The notes under the pieces were generated by a model. That model had not been told where the DNA came from. It searched no databases and was given only the letters and a program-made list of their open reading frames with translations. Shown here one piece after another: positions 42,211 to 53,677 of a stretch of 64,000 nucleotides of DNA (position 1 is the stretch's first letter; each line of letters opens with the position of its first letter). The position numbers and the translations under genes were made by a program. Origin of the DNA: Octopus vulgaris (taxonomy: Eukaryota); contig OX597826.1 in the NCBI GenBank assembly GCA_951406725.2, positions 27,590,001 to 27,654,000 of the forward strand. The letters are read 5' to 3'.

Positions 42211-45200
42211 ATGCTTAAATTAGGTTGTGTGAATGCGCGTGGCTTGGCGTCGGCTTGGAAGCAAGGTTACCTTCTAAACGACATCAAGTCACTGGACGTG
42301 GATATAGTAGCTATCAGCGAAACCAGACTCAGTAAGCCGCGGGCCCTCGAGTCCATGTTTGGCAATCAATTTGACATTTATTTTTCTCCCTGTCTGCCGA
42401 ACATGGGTGGTGGAGGTACTGCGGTGCTTTTTCGAAAGAGTCTAAAGGTAAAAGTAAGAGCAATATTCCTAGACCAGGAGGGTAGGCTGGTTGTCTTGGA
42501 CGTGGATGGCAGAAATGGGTGTGCATTCCGTCTGATGGCAGTTTATGCACCGTCCTTAACGGGTCGGGCGGATTTCTTCAGACGTCTAGAGGTTTTCCTG
42601 GGTACGTCTAGACCTTTACTGTTAGTAGGGGATTGGAACGCTACCTTGGACACGCATCTAGATTATGTGGGAAGGGATAGGAATAGAAGGGGGTGTAAGA
42701 GCCTCAAAGACCTGCTCAGACGTTTTCATTTGTCTGACAGGTTCCGACTCGACCATCCGAACGTGCCAACGTGGACTTGGACAAACCGCGTCGGATCGTC
42801 GAGATCTTATCTAGATAGAATTCTATGCAGGACAGCGGATAGGGATAGTGTAGGATGTCCACAATTTAAAATAGTCAGCTACACAGATCACAAATTTGTT
42901 ACGTGTACGCTCGACTTAGATAAAACACATAGGCAGGGTCCCGGTTACTGGAAACTGAACACGTCGCTGTTAGCGCGACAGGTTTACAGGAACCGGATTA
43001 GCGAGTTAATTAAGAGGGCGCTGACGGGAGCGGTCGTTAACAACCGCTGGTGGTACGCCCTGAAAATGGCAATAAAATCGGAATCAATTAGGTTTAGCAA
43101 GGAATTAGCGATAGAACGAAATAGAGTAGAGGGAGACTTAGTTAAGAAACTAGAAGAGGCACTTACCACTGGCAACGCAACCAACGTGCTAGCTGCGAGG
43201 ATGGCCCTCGACCAACACCTCAACGCCAAGCACGAAGGTTGCGTCGTCAGAGCTAAAATGCGTGCCTTAAGGAACGAAGGGATTGAAGCTGCGCGAGAGG
43301 CCCGGGTAGCGGAGGCGCAGCGTGGCAACAGATCAACCATTCGGTCTCTAATAGATCAACAGGGATGCAGTTTACTCGAACCCGAAAGGATGTGTGAGGC
43401 CTTTCAACAGCACTTTGCTCGACTGTTTGGTGCGAGTGGTGGGTCGGAACGAGGGATGGATTTCAGTGCCTACCTGACCGACCTGCCGCGGCTCTCGGCA
43501 AGAGAGGCGGAGTGTTGTGAAAGTCCCATCACAGCCGCTGACGTGTGGGATGCGATGGCGGGCTGCGCGAGGGATAAGTCGCCTGGATTGGATGGTTTAC
43601 CCTACGAGCTGTATTGTCGAATGCCAGACTTGTTTGGCGACCTCTTGGCATCAGTCTACTGCAACTGGCAACAAAACGGGAGAATCCCCGGTTTCGTGAG
43701 CCGAGGTGCAGTGACGTTGCTGAAGAAAGACTCAAACAAGGGGAATTTTATAGATAATTTCAGGCCCATCACTCTGCTCAACGCAGATTTGAAAATTTTG
43801 GCCAAAGTAATAGCCGAGAGGTTGGCGCTTGTCATTGGTAAACTGGTCGACAGGGCGCAAACATGCGCCGTGCCGGGCAGAACCATACATGACAACCTCC
43901 ATCTGATGCGCTACATTGTGGACAGGGTAGTTAAGGATTCTGGCATGGGTGGGGCGCTGATAAATTTGGATCAGTCTAAAGCCTTCGATAGGGTCGACCA
44001 TCGGTACTTGGCGGCCGTCCTCAGGGCGGCTGGCTTCGGTCCCGTCTTCCGCGGTTGGATCGCTGCCTTGTATAGCGGCATCCGATCGGTGATTCGGGTG
44101 AACGGTCACCTGTCTAAACCGTTTGACATCACGCGTTCGGTCCGTCAGGGGTGTCCCCTGTCGGCGCTTCTGTATGTATTGACTCTCGAGCCGCTACTGC
44201 GGAAGCTGGCGACACTGAGGGGCATCCCACGGGAACTGGGTTGCGGGACGAGCGTGTCGGCATATGCGGACGATGTCACCGTCATAGTGTCGAGCTACCA
44301 GCACATCGAGCTGGTCGGCGAGACACTAAGAAAATATGAAACGGTGACGGGAGCAAAGATTAACCCGGAAAAGTCAGTGGGTTTGCTACTCGGCACCTGG
44401 AGAAGCAAGCCCATGCCGTCCGACTGCGGCTCAGTAGTGGGACGCTGGACGGACGGACCGGTTAAATTGCTCGGGGTCTGGTTCAGTCCGGACCTCCAAA
44501 TGGATAAGAACTGGGACGAGATCACGAGTAGAGTGGTCGCTCTCAGCCAAACATGGGCCGAGAGAAAGCTGTCTCTAAAAGGCCGGGCGGAGGTGGCGAA
44601 CGCGTACATCGCATCCGTCATCGATTACCGCCTGACCGTCGTACCTTGTCCCGACGCCACCATCACCAAACTGGAACGCATACTCTTCCGCTTCCTGTGG
44701 AAGGGTGGCGTTCCGATGGTGAGGAAGTCCATTTGCTGTCAACATCCGTTGAATGGAGGACTGGGCATGCCGTGGTTGATGATGCGCAGGCATGCGCTGA
44801 GACTGCGACATCTCTGGAAATTCATCGACGACGGTGAACAGGTGTGGGCGCCGTTTGTGAGGCGCGACTTCCCGCAGCTCGTCTCACTGACCGAACTGCA
44901 AACGTGGATCAAAAAGAGACCGAAACTGGGCGATTGGCACCGAGAGTGTCGCCAAGCTCTACAGCAGCTCTGCCGACCGGGGTCAAACTTGTGCAACTTC
45001 CAAACGACTAAAGCGTTCTATAGAGGACTAGTGGAGGGGAGGTCCGACGACACACTCGGGGCAAACCTGGGCGTCGACGAGGAATTCCTAACCCGCCTGT
45101 TCAGGACGACGTTCGGGCCGGGGCCTATGGATAACTTCCAGAAATCCCTGGCTTGGCAGTGCTATCGAGACGCACTACCTGTTCGAGAGAAGAGCTACAG

Positions 45201-45651
45201 ACACGGTTCGAAAACCATCACCGGACCGACCTGCCCGAGATGCGGCCAGAGCGACGAAACCGTTCTGCACGCACTCGTGCAGTGTCCAGATATTTCAGAG
45301 CTGTGGTCCTTCGTCGAACAGCTGTTGTCACGTGTAGGTCAGGCTCGCCTATCGGCCGAGTCTATTGTGAATATTGTTCCACCACCTTCCTTTAAACGGG
45401 AAGGGAAAACGGTTTTCGTTACGCTGTTGGCTATGGCGAAAGAATGTGTGTGGTGGACGCGTTTGAAAGGACTGCAAACAAACACCTTCCTCTCTGGTCA
45501 GTCTCTCGTCAACTTTTTCAAGTACCACTTGAAAAGGAGGATGAGAATAGAGAGGAAGGCTTTGTCGAACGAATGTTTTAATAAAAAGTGGGTAAAAGTG
45601 GCAAAAATGGTCAGTATGAAAGACGACACTATTTTAAGCATAAATCTGTAA
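42211..45651 (+). CDS. LINE ORF2p: AP-like endonuclease, reverse transcriptase and C-terminal zinc finger
   Basis: APE motifs VNARGL, ISETR, YAP, GDWN, SYLDRIL, TDH. RT motifs SPGLDG, FRPITLLNADLKI, DQSKAFDRV, VRQGCPLS, YADD. Also GGLG and CPRCGQSDETVLHALVQC. First ATG at 42211. Confidence 0.97.
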   Translation: MLKLGCVNARGLASAWKQGYLLNDIKSLDVDIVAISETRLSKPRALESMFGNQFDIYFSPCLPNMGGGGTAVLFRKSLKVKVRAIFLDQEGRLVVLDVDGRNGCAFRLMAVYAPSLTGRADFFRRLEVFLGTSRPLLLVGDWNATLDTHLDYVGRDRNRRGCKSLKDLLRRFHLSDRFRLDHPNVPTWTWTNRVGSSRSYLDRILCRTADRDSVGCPQFKIVSYTDHKFVTCTLDLDKTHRQGPGYWKLNTSLLARQVYRNRISELIKRALTGAVVNNRWWYALKMAIKSESIRFSKELAIERNRVEGDLVKKLEEALTTGNATNVLAARMALDQHLNAKHEGCVVRAKMRALRNEGIEAAREARVAEAQRGNRSTIRSLIDQQGCSLLEPERMCEAFQQHFARLFGASGGSERGMDFSAYLTDLPRLSAREAECCESPITAADVWDAMAGCARDKSPGLDGLPYELYCRMPDLFGDLLASVYCNWQQNGRIPGFVSRGAVTLLKKDSNKGNFIDNFRPITLLNADLKILAKVIAERLALVIGKLVDRAQTCAVPGRTIHDNLHLMRYIVDRVVKDSGMGGALINLDQSKAFDRVDHRYLAAVLRAAGFGPVFRGWIAALYSGIRSVIRVNGHLSKPFDITRSVRQGCPLSALLYVLTLEPLLRKLATLRGIPRELGCGTSVSAYADDVTVIVSSYQHIELVGETLRKYETVTGAKINPEKSVGLLLGTWRSKPMPSDCGSVVGRWTDGPVKLLGVWFSPDLQMDKNWDEITSRVVALSQTWAERKLSLKGRAEVANAYIASVIDYRLTVVPCPDATITKLERILFRFLWKGGVPMVRKSICCQHPLNGGLGMPWLMMRRHALRLRHLWKFIDDGEQVWAPFVRRDFPQLVSLTELQTWIKKRPKLGDWHRECRQALQQLCRPGSNLCNFQTTKAFYRGLVEGRSDDTLGANLGVDEEFLTRLFRTTFGPGPMDNFQKSLAWQCYRDALPVREKSYRHGSKTITGPTCPRCGQSDETVLHALVQCPDISELWSFVEQLLSRVGQARLSAESIVNIVPPPSFKREGKTVFVTLLAMAKECVWWTRLKGLQTNTFLSGQSLVNFFKYHLKRRMRIERKALSNECFNKKWVKVAKMVSMKDDTILSINL

Positions 45652-45960
45652 CCAAAAGAGACAACGAGAAGTAAGGCGACTTACTCATGTGTTCTTTTTC
45701 GAATTGCCTGAGGTGACCTTGGTCTTTTTTGTAGGTTTTTCTTTCCAAGACTACACCTAAACTGTGAACCTTATATATATATATATATAGTGCTTTTTTA
45801 TACACCACACAACCCACAGATCCCTATTGATCAAACGTTTCCTTTTTTTTTTCTTCTTCTTCTTGCCCCACCCATCCCACCTCGAAAAGAAAAAATTCTA
45901 CATTGTATTTCGTCCATTTTTATTCTGTGTTTAGCCCTGTGTGGCTACAATAAAAAGTTA

Positions 45961-45992
45961 TCTATCTATCTATCTATCTGTATGTTTGTCTG

Positions 45993-46029
<37 letters not shown>

Positions 46030-46108
46030 TTATCTATCTATCTATCTGTCTGTCTGTCTGTCTGTCTGTTTCTCTGTGTGTCTGTCTAACTGTCTGTCTG
46101 TCTATCTC

Positions 46109-46167
<59 letters not shown>
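45961..46167. repeat. (TCTA)n compound microsatellite, 3' flank; duplicate of ~39813-39994
   Basis: Same variant string tgtatgtttg...ttta...(tctg)6 tttctctgtgtgtctgtctaactg...tctc on both sides, differing by one TCTA unit. Confidence 0.92.
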
Positions 46168-46168
<1 letters not shown>

Positions 46169-46224
46169 AATTCTACATTATATTGTCCCCTCTGTATTAA
46201 GCCCAGCGTAACTGAATAAAGAAA
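46168..46224 (+). mobile_element. Old ~57-bp 3' tail of a related LINE in the same TCTA tract
   Basis: aaattctacattatattgtcccctctgtattaagccc...aataaagaaa then tcta; aligns with the LINE tails at 45893-45957 and 63075-63135. Confidence 0.65.
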
Positions 46225-46393
46225 TCTATTTGTCTATCTATATCTCCCTCACTATGTGTATATGTGTATATGTATATATGTGTGTGCGCGTGTATTTCTG
46301 TGTCCGTGAATGCGTTAGTGTTTGTGTGTGTGCAGACGTAACCATACACGCATATACAAGTGTTTCGTGTACGTATATGTGTTTATGTATTTA

Positions 46394-46444
<51 letters not shown>

Positions 46445-46748
46445 GAGAGAACAAGAGAGGTAGGTGTAATACAGACAAAAAGTGAGAGAGAGACAGTGAG
46501 TTATACAGCGCGAGACAACAGCGTGCTGCAGATGAAACGCAGTGTTTGGAAGTTCGTATCAAGTTCCGGATATTGAAATGCATTTTTCATTCATAATACT
46601 TAACTTCACACCTGGTGTTCGTACTCTGTACTCTTAATTAAGTTTATACAAGATCAAATAAAAAAATACCCCACACAACCCCTGTCACAGTCCATTAAAT
46701 GGTAAATGTGTTCTGCTTCATAGACAACAGAATATTCGACCAAATGTA

Positions 46749-46962
46749 AAGGCGGCAAGCTGGCAGAGACGTTAGCACGCCGGGCGAAATGCGTAGCCGT
46801 ATTTCGCCTGCCGTTACGTTCTGAGTTCAAAATCCGCCGAGGTCAACTTTGCCTTTCATCCTTTCGGGGTCGATAAATTAAGTACCATTTACCTACCGGA
46901 GTTGATCTAATCGAGTAGCCTCCTCCCCAAACTTTTCAGGTCTTGTTCCTAGAGCAGAAAAT
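46749..46962 (+). mobile_element. tRNA-derived SINE (ggcggcgagctggcag family)
   Basis: Full head, body and the common tail. Confidence 0.85.
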
Positions 46963-46986
46963 AATAATCGAAAATAATAATAATGC

Positions 46987-47026
<40 letters not shown>

Positions 47027-47037
<11 letters not shown>

Positions 47038-47660
47038 ATCACGCACCTTACGTCGTTTTCAAATAAACACCTGCAACATTTGTCTGTGACATTTCTCATT
47101 CATTTAGGACGAAATTTTATCATCAAATGACCAAACTAAAAACACAGACTTTTAGTGTACTAATTTGTCATACGGAGGCCATGCTGTGGCCGCATGTACT
47201 TGTGATCTATGCTAAAACATCTTGGAAAGTATAAATCAGCCAAAATATTGAAATAACACCGATTCAAATATTTCAGTTAATATTCTTTTCTACCCTAGGC
47301 ACAAGGCCCGACATTTTACAGGGAGGGGGCCAGTTGATTAGATCTACCCCAGTATGCAACTGGTACTTAATTTATCGACCCGAAAAGGATGAAAAGCAAA
47401 GTCGACCTCGGCAGAAATCTCACTTATTATTATTGGCAAATTGAAGATGGCAAGCTGGCAGAATCGTTAGTACGCCGGGCGAAATGCTTAGCGGTATTTC
47501 CTCTGTCTTTACGTTCTGAGTTCAAATTCCGCCGAGGTTGACTTTACATTTCACCCTTTCTGAGTCGATAAATTAAGTACCAGTTGCGTATTGGAGTAGA
47601 TCTATTCGACTAGCCTTCTCGCCAAACATTTCTGTCCTTGTGCCTAGAATCGAAAAGAAT
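47027..47660 (+). repeat. Local segmental duplication, copy 1 (copy 2 at 49251-49880)
   Basis: Non-SINE sequence caccttacgtc.ttttcaaataaacacctgcaac... plus the same back-to-back SINE pair. Confidence 0.9.
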
Positions 47661-47935
47661 AATTGACCATATGTAAGAGTAGATTTGTAGCCGTTCTCCC
47701 TTCAAGAAATAGCAGCCAGATCTCCCTCACTCAATGAAGATCCTATCAACTTATAAAGAACAATATCTTTTAACTTTTAGTGGTGTCGATCATTGGACTT
47801 CGGCCATATTGGATCACCGCCTTGAAGAGTTTAGTCGAGCAAATTAAGTACCAGTTGCGTACTAGGGTCCATATAATCGACTGGGCCCCCTCCCCCAAAA
47901 TTTCGGGTTTTGCACCTAGAATAGAAAAGTATGTG

Positions 47936-47981
<46 letters not shown>

Positions 47982-48777
47982 GAGAGAGAGAGAGAGAGAG
48001 ATGTGGGTGTGTAACGTTTCACGGTATCTGTATAAGTTACAGTATGTGTAATAAAATCGAGAAGAATAAACAAAATGGCGATGAGCAAACCGGTCTTTTA
48101 CCTCGAACTACTACTTTGCCTCACCCCAACGCCTCTCCTCCCACCAGGTAGCGATGGCCACAACCACCCTCACCACCAACGCCAACCCCAACACCAACAC
48201 CAACACCAGCAACATCAGTAACAACAACATTAGTTTGCTTTAGAAAATGTATCGGATGAACTTTCTTCTTCGTATTGCTGCTGTCGTTATTATTCCTCTT
48301 TTTTTTTCTTGCTTTTTATCCATTGATATTCTGGTTTTCATGTTGTACTTGTTGTTCTTCGTTTCGTTTCGTTTCGTTGTTACTGTGTTTATTTTTATAT
48401 TCTTTTTTTTTTTAGTAGTAGTAGGCGGTTCGTTCCGGTCAATGCTGAAACGTGTTCCTCATGTTAATTTTCTATTGCTTTTCGTCCACCGCCTTTGTCT
48501 TGTTGTCTTTTTCTATTCCTTCCTTTTCTTTTTCCTTTTTGTTTTCTGTTCCTTGTCTTCTTCTTCTTCTTCTTCTTCTTCTTCTTCTTCTTCTTCTTCT
48601 TCTTCTTCTTCTTCTTCTTCTTCTTCTTCTTCTTCTTCTTCTTCTTCTGTAACAACTTCCTTACTACACAAGTTGAAAACAAATGTACCGCAACTTAAAC
48701 ATTTATAATTATTGTACTTTCTCGCTTCCTTGTTTTATTATGGTAGTGGGGTGGTCACTTGTTTTCACTTTGTAATG

Positions 48778-48830
<53 letters not shown>

Positions 48831-49013
48831 ATGTATCTATATATATATATGTGTGTACATAGATATGTATGTGTTCTGTGTGTGTGTATGTGTGTGTGTG
48901 TGAGGTGTTTGTTTATGTATTTAGTCACATCCTCCGTCATACATACACTCTAAACGAAGTCGCTCTTTTCCGCGTATTTAATCGCACAGACAAGCAGACA
49001 TACATGTGTATAT

Positions 49014-49051
<38 letters not shown>

Positions 49052-49204
49052 ATATATATATATATATATATATAAGGAGAGAGAAAGAGATGCATATACA
49101 CACATATACATTTACATATGATCATATATTTATATATATGAATGTATGCAGAGATACACGCACATATATCTTTATATATATATATGTATATACAAATGCT
49201 GATA

Positions 49205-49250
<46 letters not shown>

Positions 49251-49262
<12 letters not shown>

Positions 49263-49880
49263 TAATGACCCACCTTACGTCATTTTCAAATAAACACCTG
49301 CAACATTTGGCTGTGACATTTCTCATTCATTTAGACCGAAATTTTATCATCAAATGACCAAACTATAAACACAGACTTTTAGTGTACTAATTTGTCATAC
49401 GGTGGCCAAGCTGGGGCCGCATGTACTTGTGCTCTGTGCTAAGACGTCTTGGAAAGGATAAATCAGCCAAAATATTGAAATAACACCGATTCCAATATTT
49501 CATTTATTATTCTTTTCTACCCTAGGCACAAGGCCCGAAATTTTGCAGCTAAGGGGCCAGTCGATTAGATCTACCCCAGTATGCAACTGGTACTTAATTT
49601 ATCGACCTTTCAAAGGATGAAAGGCAAAGTCGACCTCGGCAGAAATCTCACTTATTATTATTGACAAACTGAAGGTAGCAAGCTGGCAGAATCGTTAGTA
49701 CGCCAGGCAAAATGCTTGTCTGCCGATACGTTCTGAGTTCAAATTCCGCCGAGGTCAACATTGCATTTCATCCTTTCTGAGTCGATGAATTAAGTACCAA
49801 TTGCGTACTGAGGTCGATCTAATCGACTGCCCCCCCCTCCCCCAAAATTTGGAGCCTTGTGCCTAGAGTAGAAAAGAATC
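49251..49880 (+). repeat. Local segmental duplication, copy 2
   Basis: Matches 47027-47660 with scattered substitutions. Confidence 0.9.
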
Positions 49881-50580
49881 GTTAGCACGCCGGACAGAAT
49901 GCTTATCGGCATTTCGCCCGTCATTACGTTCTGATTTCAAATTCCTCCGAGGTCGACTTTACCCTTCATCCTTCGGGGTAGATAAAATGAGTACCAGTTG
50001 AACACTGGGTTCGATGCAGTCTACTAACCTTCTCTCAAATTTCAGGCCCTGTGCATATAGTAGAAAGGATTATTATTGGCAAACTGGTAAAATCGATAGA
50101 GCATCGAAAAAATGTCTTGTGATATTTTTCTGGATCCTAAAATTCTGAGTTCGTTTCCCCTTTGTGTTAACTTCGCTTTTATCTCTCAAGGTTCGATAAA
50201 ATAAATATGCCAGTGAAATCAGTGCAATTAGCTAACTTCTTCCCCTCCAAATTGTCGGATTTAGCTGGATATCTTTGGGTTCTTTATATTCTGGGTTGAA
50301 ATTCCGACGAGTTCCACTTTACCATTCATCTTTTGGGTTCGACAGGCCCTGTGCCAATAGTAGAAAGATATTATTTTCAAGCTTTTGCACAAGGCCAGCA
50401 ATTTCAGGAAAGAGGTAAGTCGATTTTATCAACCTCAGTGTTCAACTAATTTTATGGGCCTTGATAGAATGGAAGAAAAGGTCTACCTCGGCGGCATTTC
50501 AGTACAGAATGTAAAGACAGACGATATGTCACAAAAGCATTTTGCCAAGCGGGCTAACGATTTTGCCAGCTTGTCCCCTT
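49878..50580. mobile_element. Cluster of about four further SINE copies
   Basis: Repeated gttctgagttcaaattcc / cctttcatcc..ggggtcgataaa motifs on both strands. Confidence 0.7.
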
Positions 50581-50634
50581 TAGGATTATTATTATCATTA
50601 CCATTATTATTATCATCGCCGTCGTCATCATCAT

Positions 50635-50773
<139 letters not shown>

Positions 50774-51083
50774 GAAGACGTCGCACAGTATCCAATATTG
50801 TGATGTAGATTGAAAATATTGTGAGTACCGGATGCTTGTACTTTCTGTCAAGTTACAACAACGACCTCAGACTAACAATACTTTATACAATATGCATTCA
50901 GTTCTAAGTAAAGCCGATATTTGCAATGCACCAAGATTGTAGGGTCTTTCTAAAGTTTCCAGATGTTACTTCGGGTTGGGTAGTATTGAACCCAATGTCC
51001 CGATGACAACTGAAACAATCTTTATGTGTGACTTCCGTAGCTGTCACATCTTAGCGATCTCAATTCTTAGGTCTCAATATTTG

Positions 51084-51085
<2 letters not shown>
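50774..51085 (-). mobile_element. R4/Dong-like 3' fragment, family E, degenerate
   Basis: DKY*DLRIEIAKM...VVIGTLGSI...LQISALLRTECILYKVL, between (TTA)n tracts. Confidence 0.7.
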
Positions 51086-51126
<41 letters not shown>

Positions 51127-51141
51127 CATTATTATTATTAT

Positions 51142-51603
51142 TGAGTGAGAGAGCAGTGCATGCCATCAAAGTGACACTGGGGTAAAATATACGAAGCCCA
51201 GCATACCCATCATGACTACCCGTCTGATAAAGGTACACCAGGCACATGCATCACAACCATATGTGCGCGACATGGTGATCTCATATCAAGATAAACAGCA
51301 CATGACCTTGCAGGTGGGGCCCAGTTAGAATTTTCTTCAGGTCGAGTAGCCCATCCTGCTCAAAAGGTCCGTGAATAAGGGTTGCTTTAGGATGTTGAAC
51401 GAAACACCTATGTTTCCAGAGGTGAATTATTCAAACTCCAAAGAATCCCTCTCAACACATGGCTATGATGCTCCCCCACTACTTCTGCTCGTGATCAGAG
51501 ATGCACGTATTGTCAGCCACTAAGGGACATGCTCAACTGGTTAAGGTCAAACAACTGGCAAGCAAATCTGTGGTATTGAGCAGAATATTTGCTGTAGCCC
51601 ATC

Positions 51604-51607
<4 letters not shown>
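51142..51607 (-). mobile_element. Non-LTR element 3' region in (TAA)n, family A copy 3
   Basis: Matches 4434-4720 and 4917-5370; (TTA)n on both sides. Confidence 0.75.
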
Positions 51608-51673
<66 letters not shown>

Positions 51674-51722
51674 GTTGTTGTTGTTGTTGTTGTTGTTGTT
51701 TTTGTTGCTGTTATTAACATTA

Positions 51723-51768
<46 letters not shown>

Positions 51769-51778
51769 CATTATTATT

Positions 51779-52065
51779 GCCTTTGCACAGCTTCTAACGC
51801 TGGAGATGTACTACAGTGTCTGTTGTTCACTACTAGTGAACTAAGGTAACACCTCTTACTTTTCGAGCACCTTCAGGAGTATTCGAGCGGTTCCAAGCAG
51901 TGCTGTTTTCTGAAAGTGCTCCGCCCTAATTGCAGCTCCTGTATTTCTTGAGATTTTTGCTCACTGTTCCCAGGGCTCCAACAATTATTGGTACTACTAC
52001 CACCTTTTTCATCGACTAAAACTGCTTAACTTCCCAAGCTAACCTGTCATATCTCTCGACGTTTC
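51779..52065 (-). mobile_element. R4/Dong-like 3' fragment, family C
   Basis: VVVPIIVGALGTVSK...AEHFQKTALLGTARILLKVLEK*; 3' end abuts (TTA)n. Confidence 0.8.
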
Positions 52066-53079
52066 TTTATATGGATGTACGTCCGTGTGTGTGTGTGTGT
52101 GTAATTAATTACGACAGAAGTAATGTTAGAGTAAAGTAATATTGATCTCCAACTTAACGTAGATGTTGTGTTAGAACACATACCTTTACTGTTACAAATA
52201 TCTCAGAGCCTACCTCCAATTTAACACCACTGTTACTACGTGAACAACACTAGAACCAACACAGCATCAACTGCAGTACAACCACCACCACTACCAAAAC
52301 TACTATCATCAATGTGACTTCTATCACCAGTAAGCACACTGAAACTAAGACCAGATGCACCATAGATTTTCTGAAACCTTCGATACCGAAGCATGTACGG
52401 AAGAGTACTTTTTTTCCGAACGAGATGTGGTTACGCTCGAAATTAAACGAATATTAAATTTACTTTAATAATTAAACTAAATACAAGTAGCTCTATATTA
52501 ATATAAACGATGCAAGTTTATTAGTATTGTGCCAGGTAAAGTAGTGTGAAACAAGGCTGCCTTGTAAATTAGTTTGGTAGCAGTGGTTTTTTCCAGCTTG
52601 TAAATGAGTGCGGAGTGTAAGAGTTTGTGCATTATCAGTGCCCGGAAAAAATTTATATCGTCAGTAGTTTATATATACGAAAAAGAAGCATACACTAAAC
52701 CATTATTTTTTAGGGAGTTAAATGTTATGGCAGGCCATAGAGTCACCATCGGTTTCACACTTATAAAGCGCTTAGCAGTATAGGCTGCTCCTCATGCTCA
52801 AATCGCCGAAGGTGCATAACCCCTCAACAGCTGGAGGAAGAAATACCTCATGGTCAGTTAGCTTTCTAAACAAAAATCATTTGTTCTTGCAGGAGCAAAG
52901 CACATTGGTTCAGGCCGTAGTAATATTCGAAGAAGTTGCGGCGGGCCTATTCAGCGAGAGGGGAATTCAAGCTTGTAGTAGGAAGCATTTTAGATGGGGG
53001 TTTGAGTAAATACTTCTTTCCTGGAGTTTAAAAAGGTCTTCGGTTCGAGCAAGTTTTTTTAGGACTCTCTCTCTCTCTC

Positions 53080-53140
<61 letters not shown>

Positions 53141-53381
53141 GCCAAGCAAAGCTGACATCATTTGGAGAACGCCACACTACCTACTGAACGCCTTGGACAA
53201 ATATCTTTTGTTTACAAATGTAACTGACAGTGACGAATTTCTTCATCCAATTGTAAAGAGCTTATGTGGTATGAGTCTAACGTGTCACCTATACTGCTAA
53301 GATCTTTATAGGTGCGAAACGAATCCTCTATACCCAGTCGTAACAATTCATTTCTGATATACACATATATACGTATATAAC

Positions 53382-53457
<76 letters not shown>

Positions 53458-53615
53458 AATTAAGGACTGAACACGAAAAAGTGGACAGTCAACATGCTAG
53501 ATATAGACGTCAAATCGCCATTCTCCACAAAGATTTTGTTCTCAAATAAAATAAAATTCAGCACGACCTAAAGCAATAGATAAGACAAAAGAAATATACG
53601 AAATGGAATAATCAC

Positions 53616-53677
53616 CTGCGTACCGAACGGTTTCAGCTATTAATATCACAAGGATATCTGTAGCTTCGTCAGCGCAG
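53616..53677 (-). ncRNA. Type I hammerhead ribozyme, copy 1
   Basis: Minus strand ctgcg-CTGACGA-agctacagatatccttgtgatattaatagct-GAAA-ccgttcg-GTA-cgcag; all three stems pair. Confidence 0.88.

Larger units (their letters stand above)
40073..45960 (+). mobile_element. Apparently full-length L1/Tx1-type non-LTR retrotransposon in (TCTA)n, subfamily A
   Basis: ~300-bp 5' UTR, ORF1, short spacer, uninterrupted ORF2, ~300-bp 3' UTR ending tagccctgtgtggctacAATAAAaagtta directly into TCTA, with no poly(A). Confidence 0.95.

Noticed and set aside
42329-45395. Short antisense and alternate-frame ORFs within ORF2 (also within 26401-27530)
   Set aside because: Expected shadow ORFs in GC-rich coding sequence; shared between copies only through homology.
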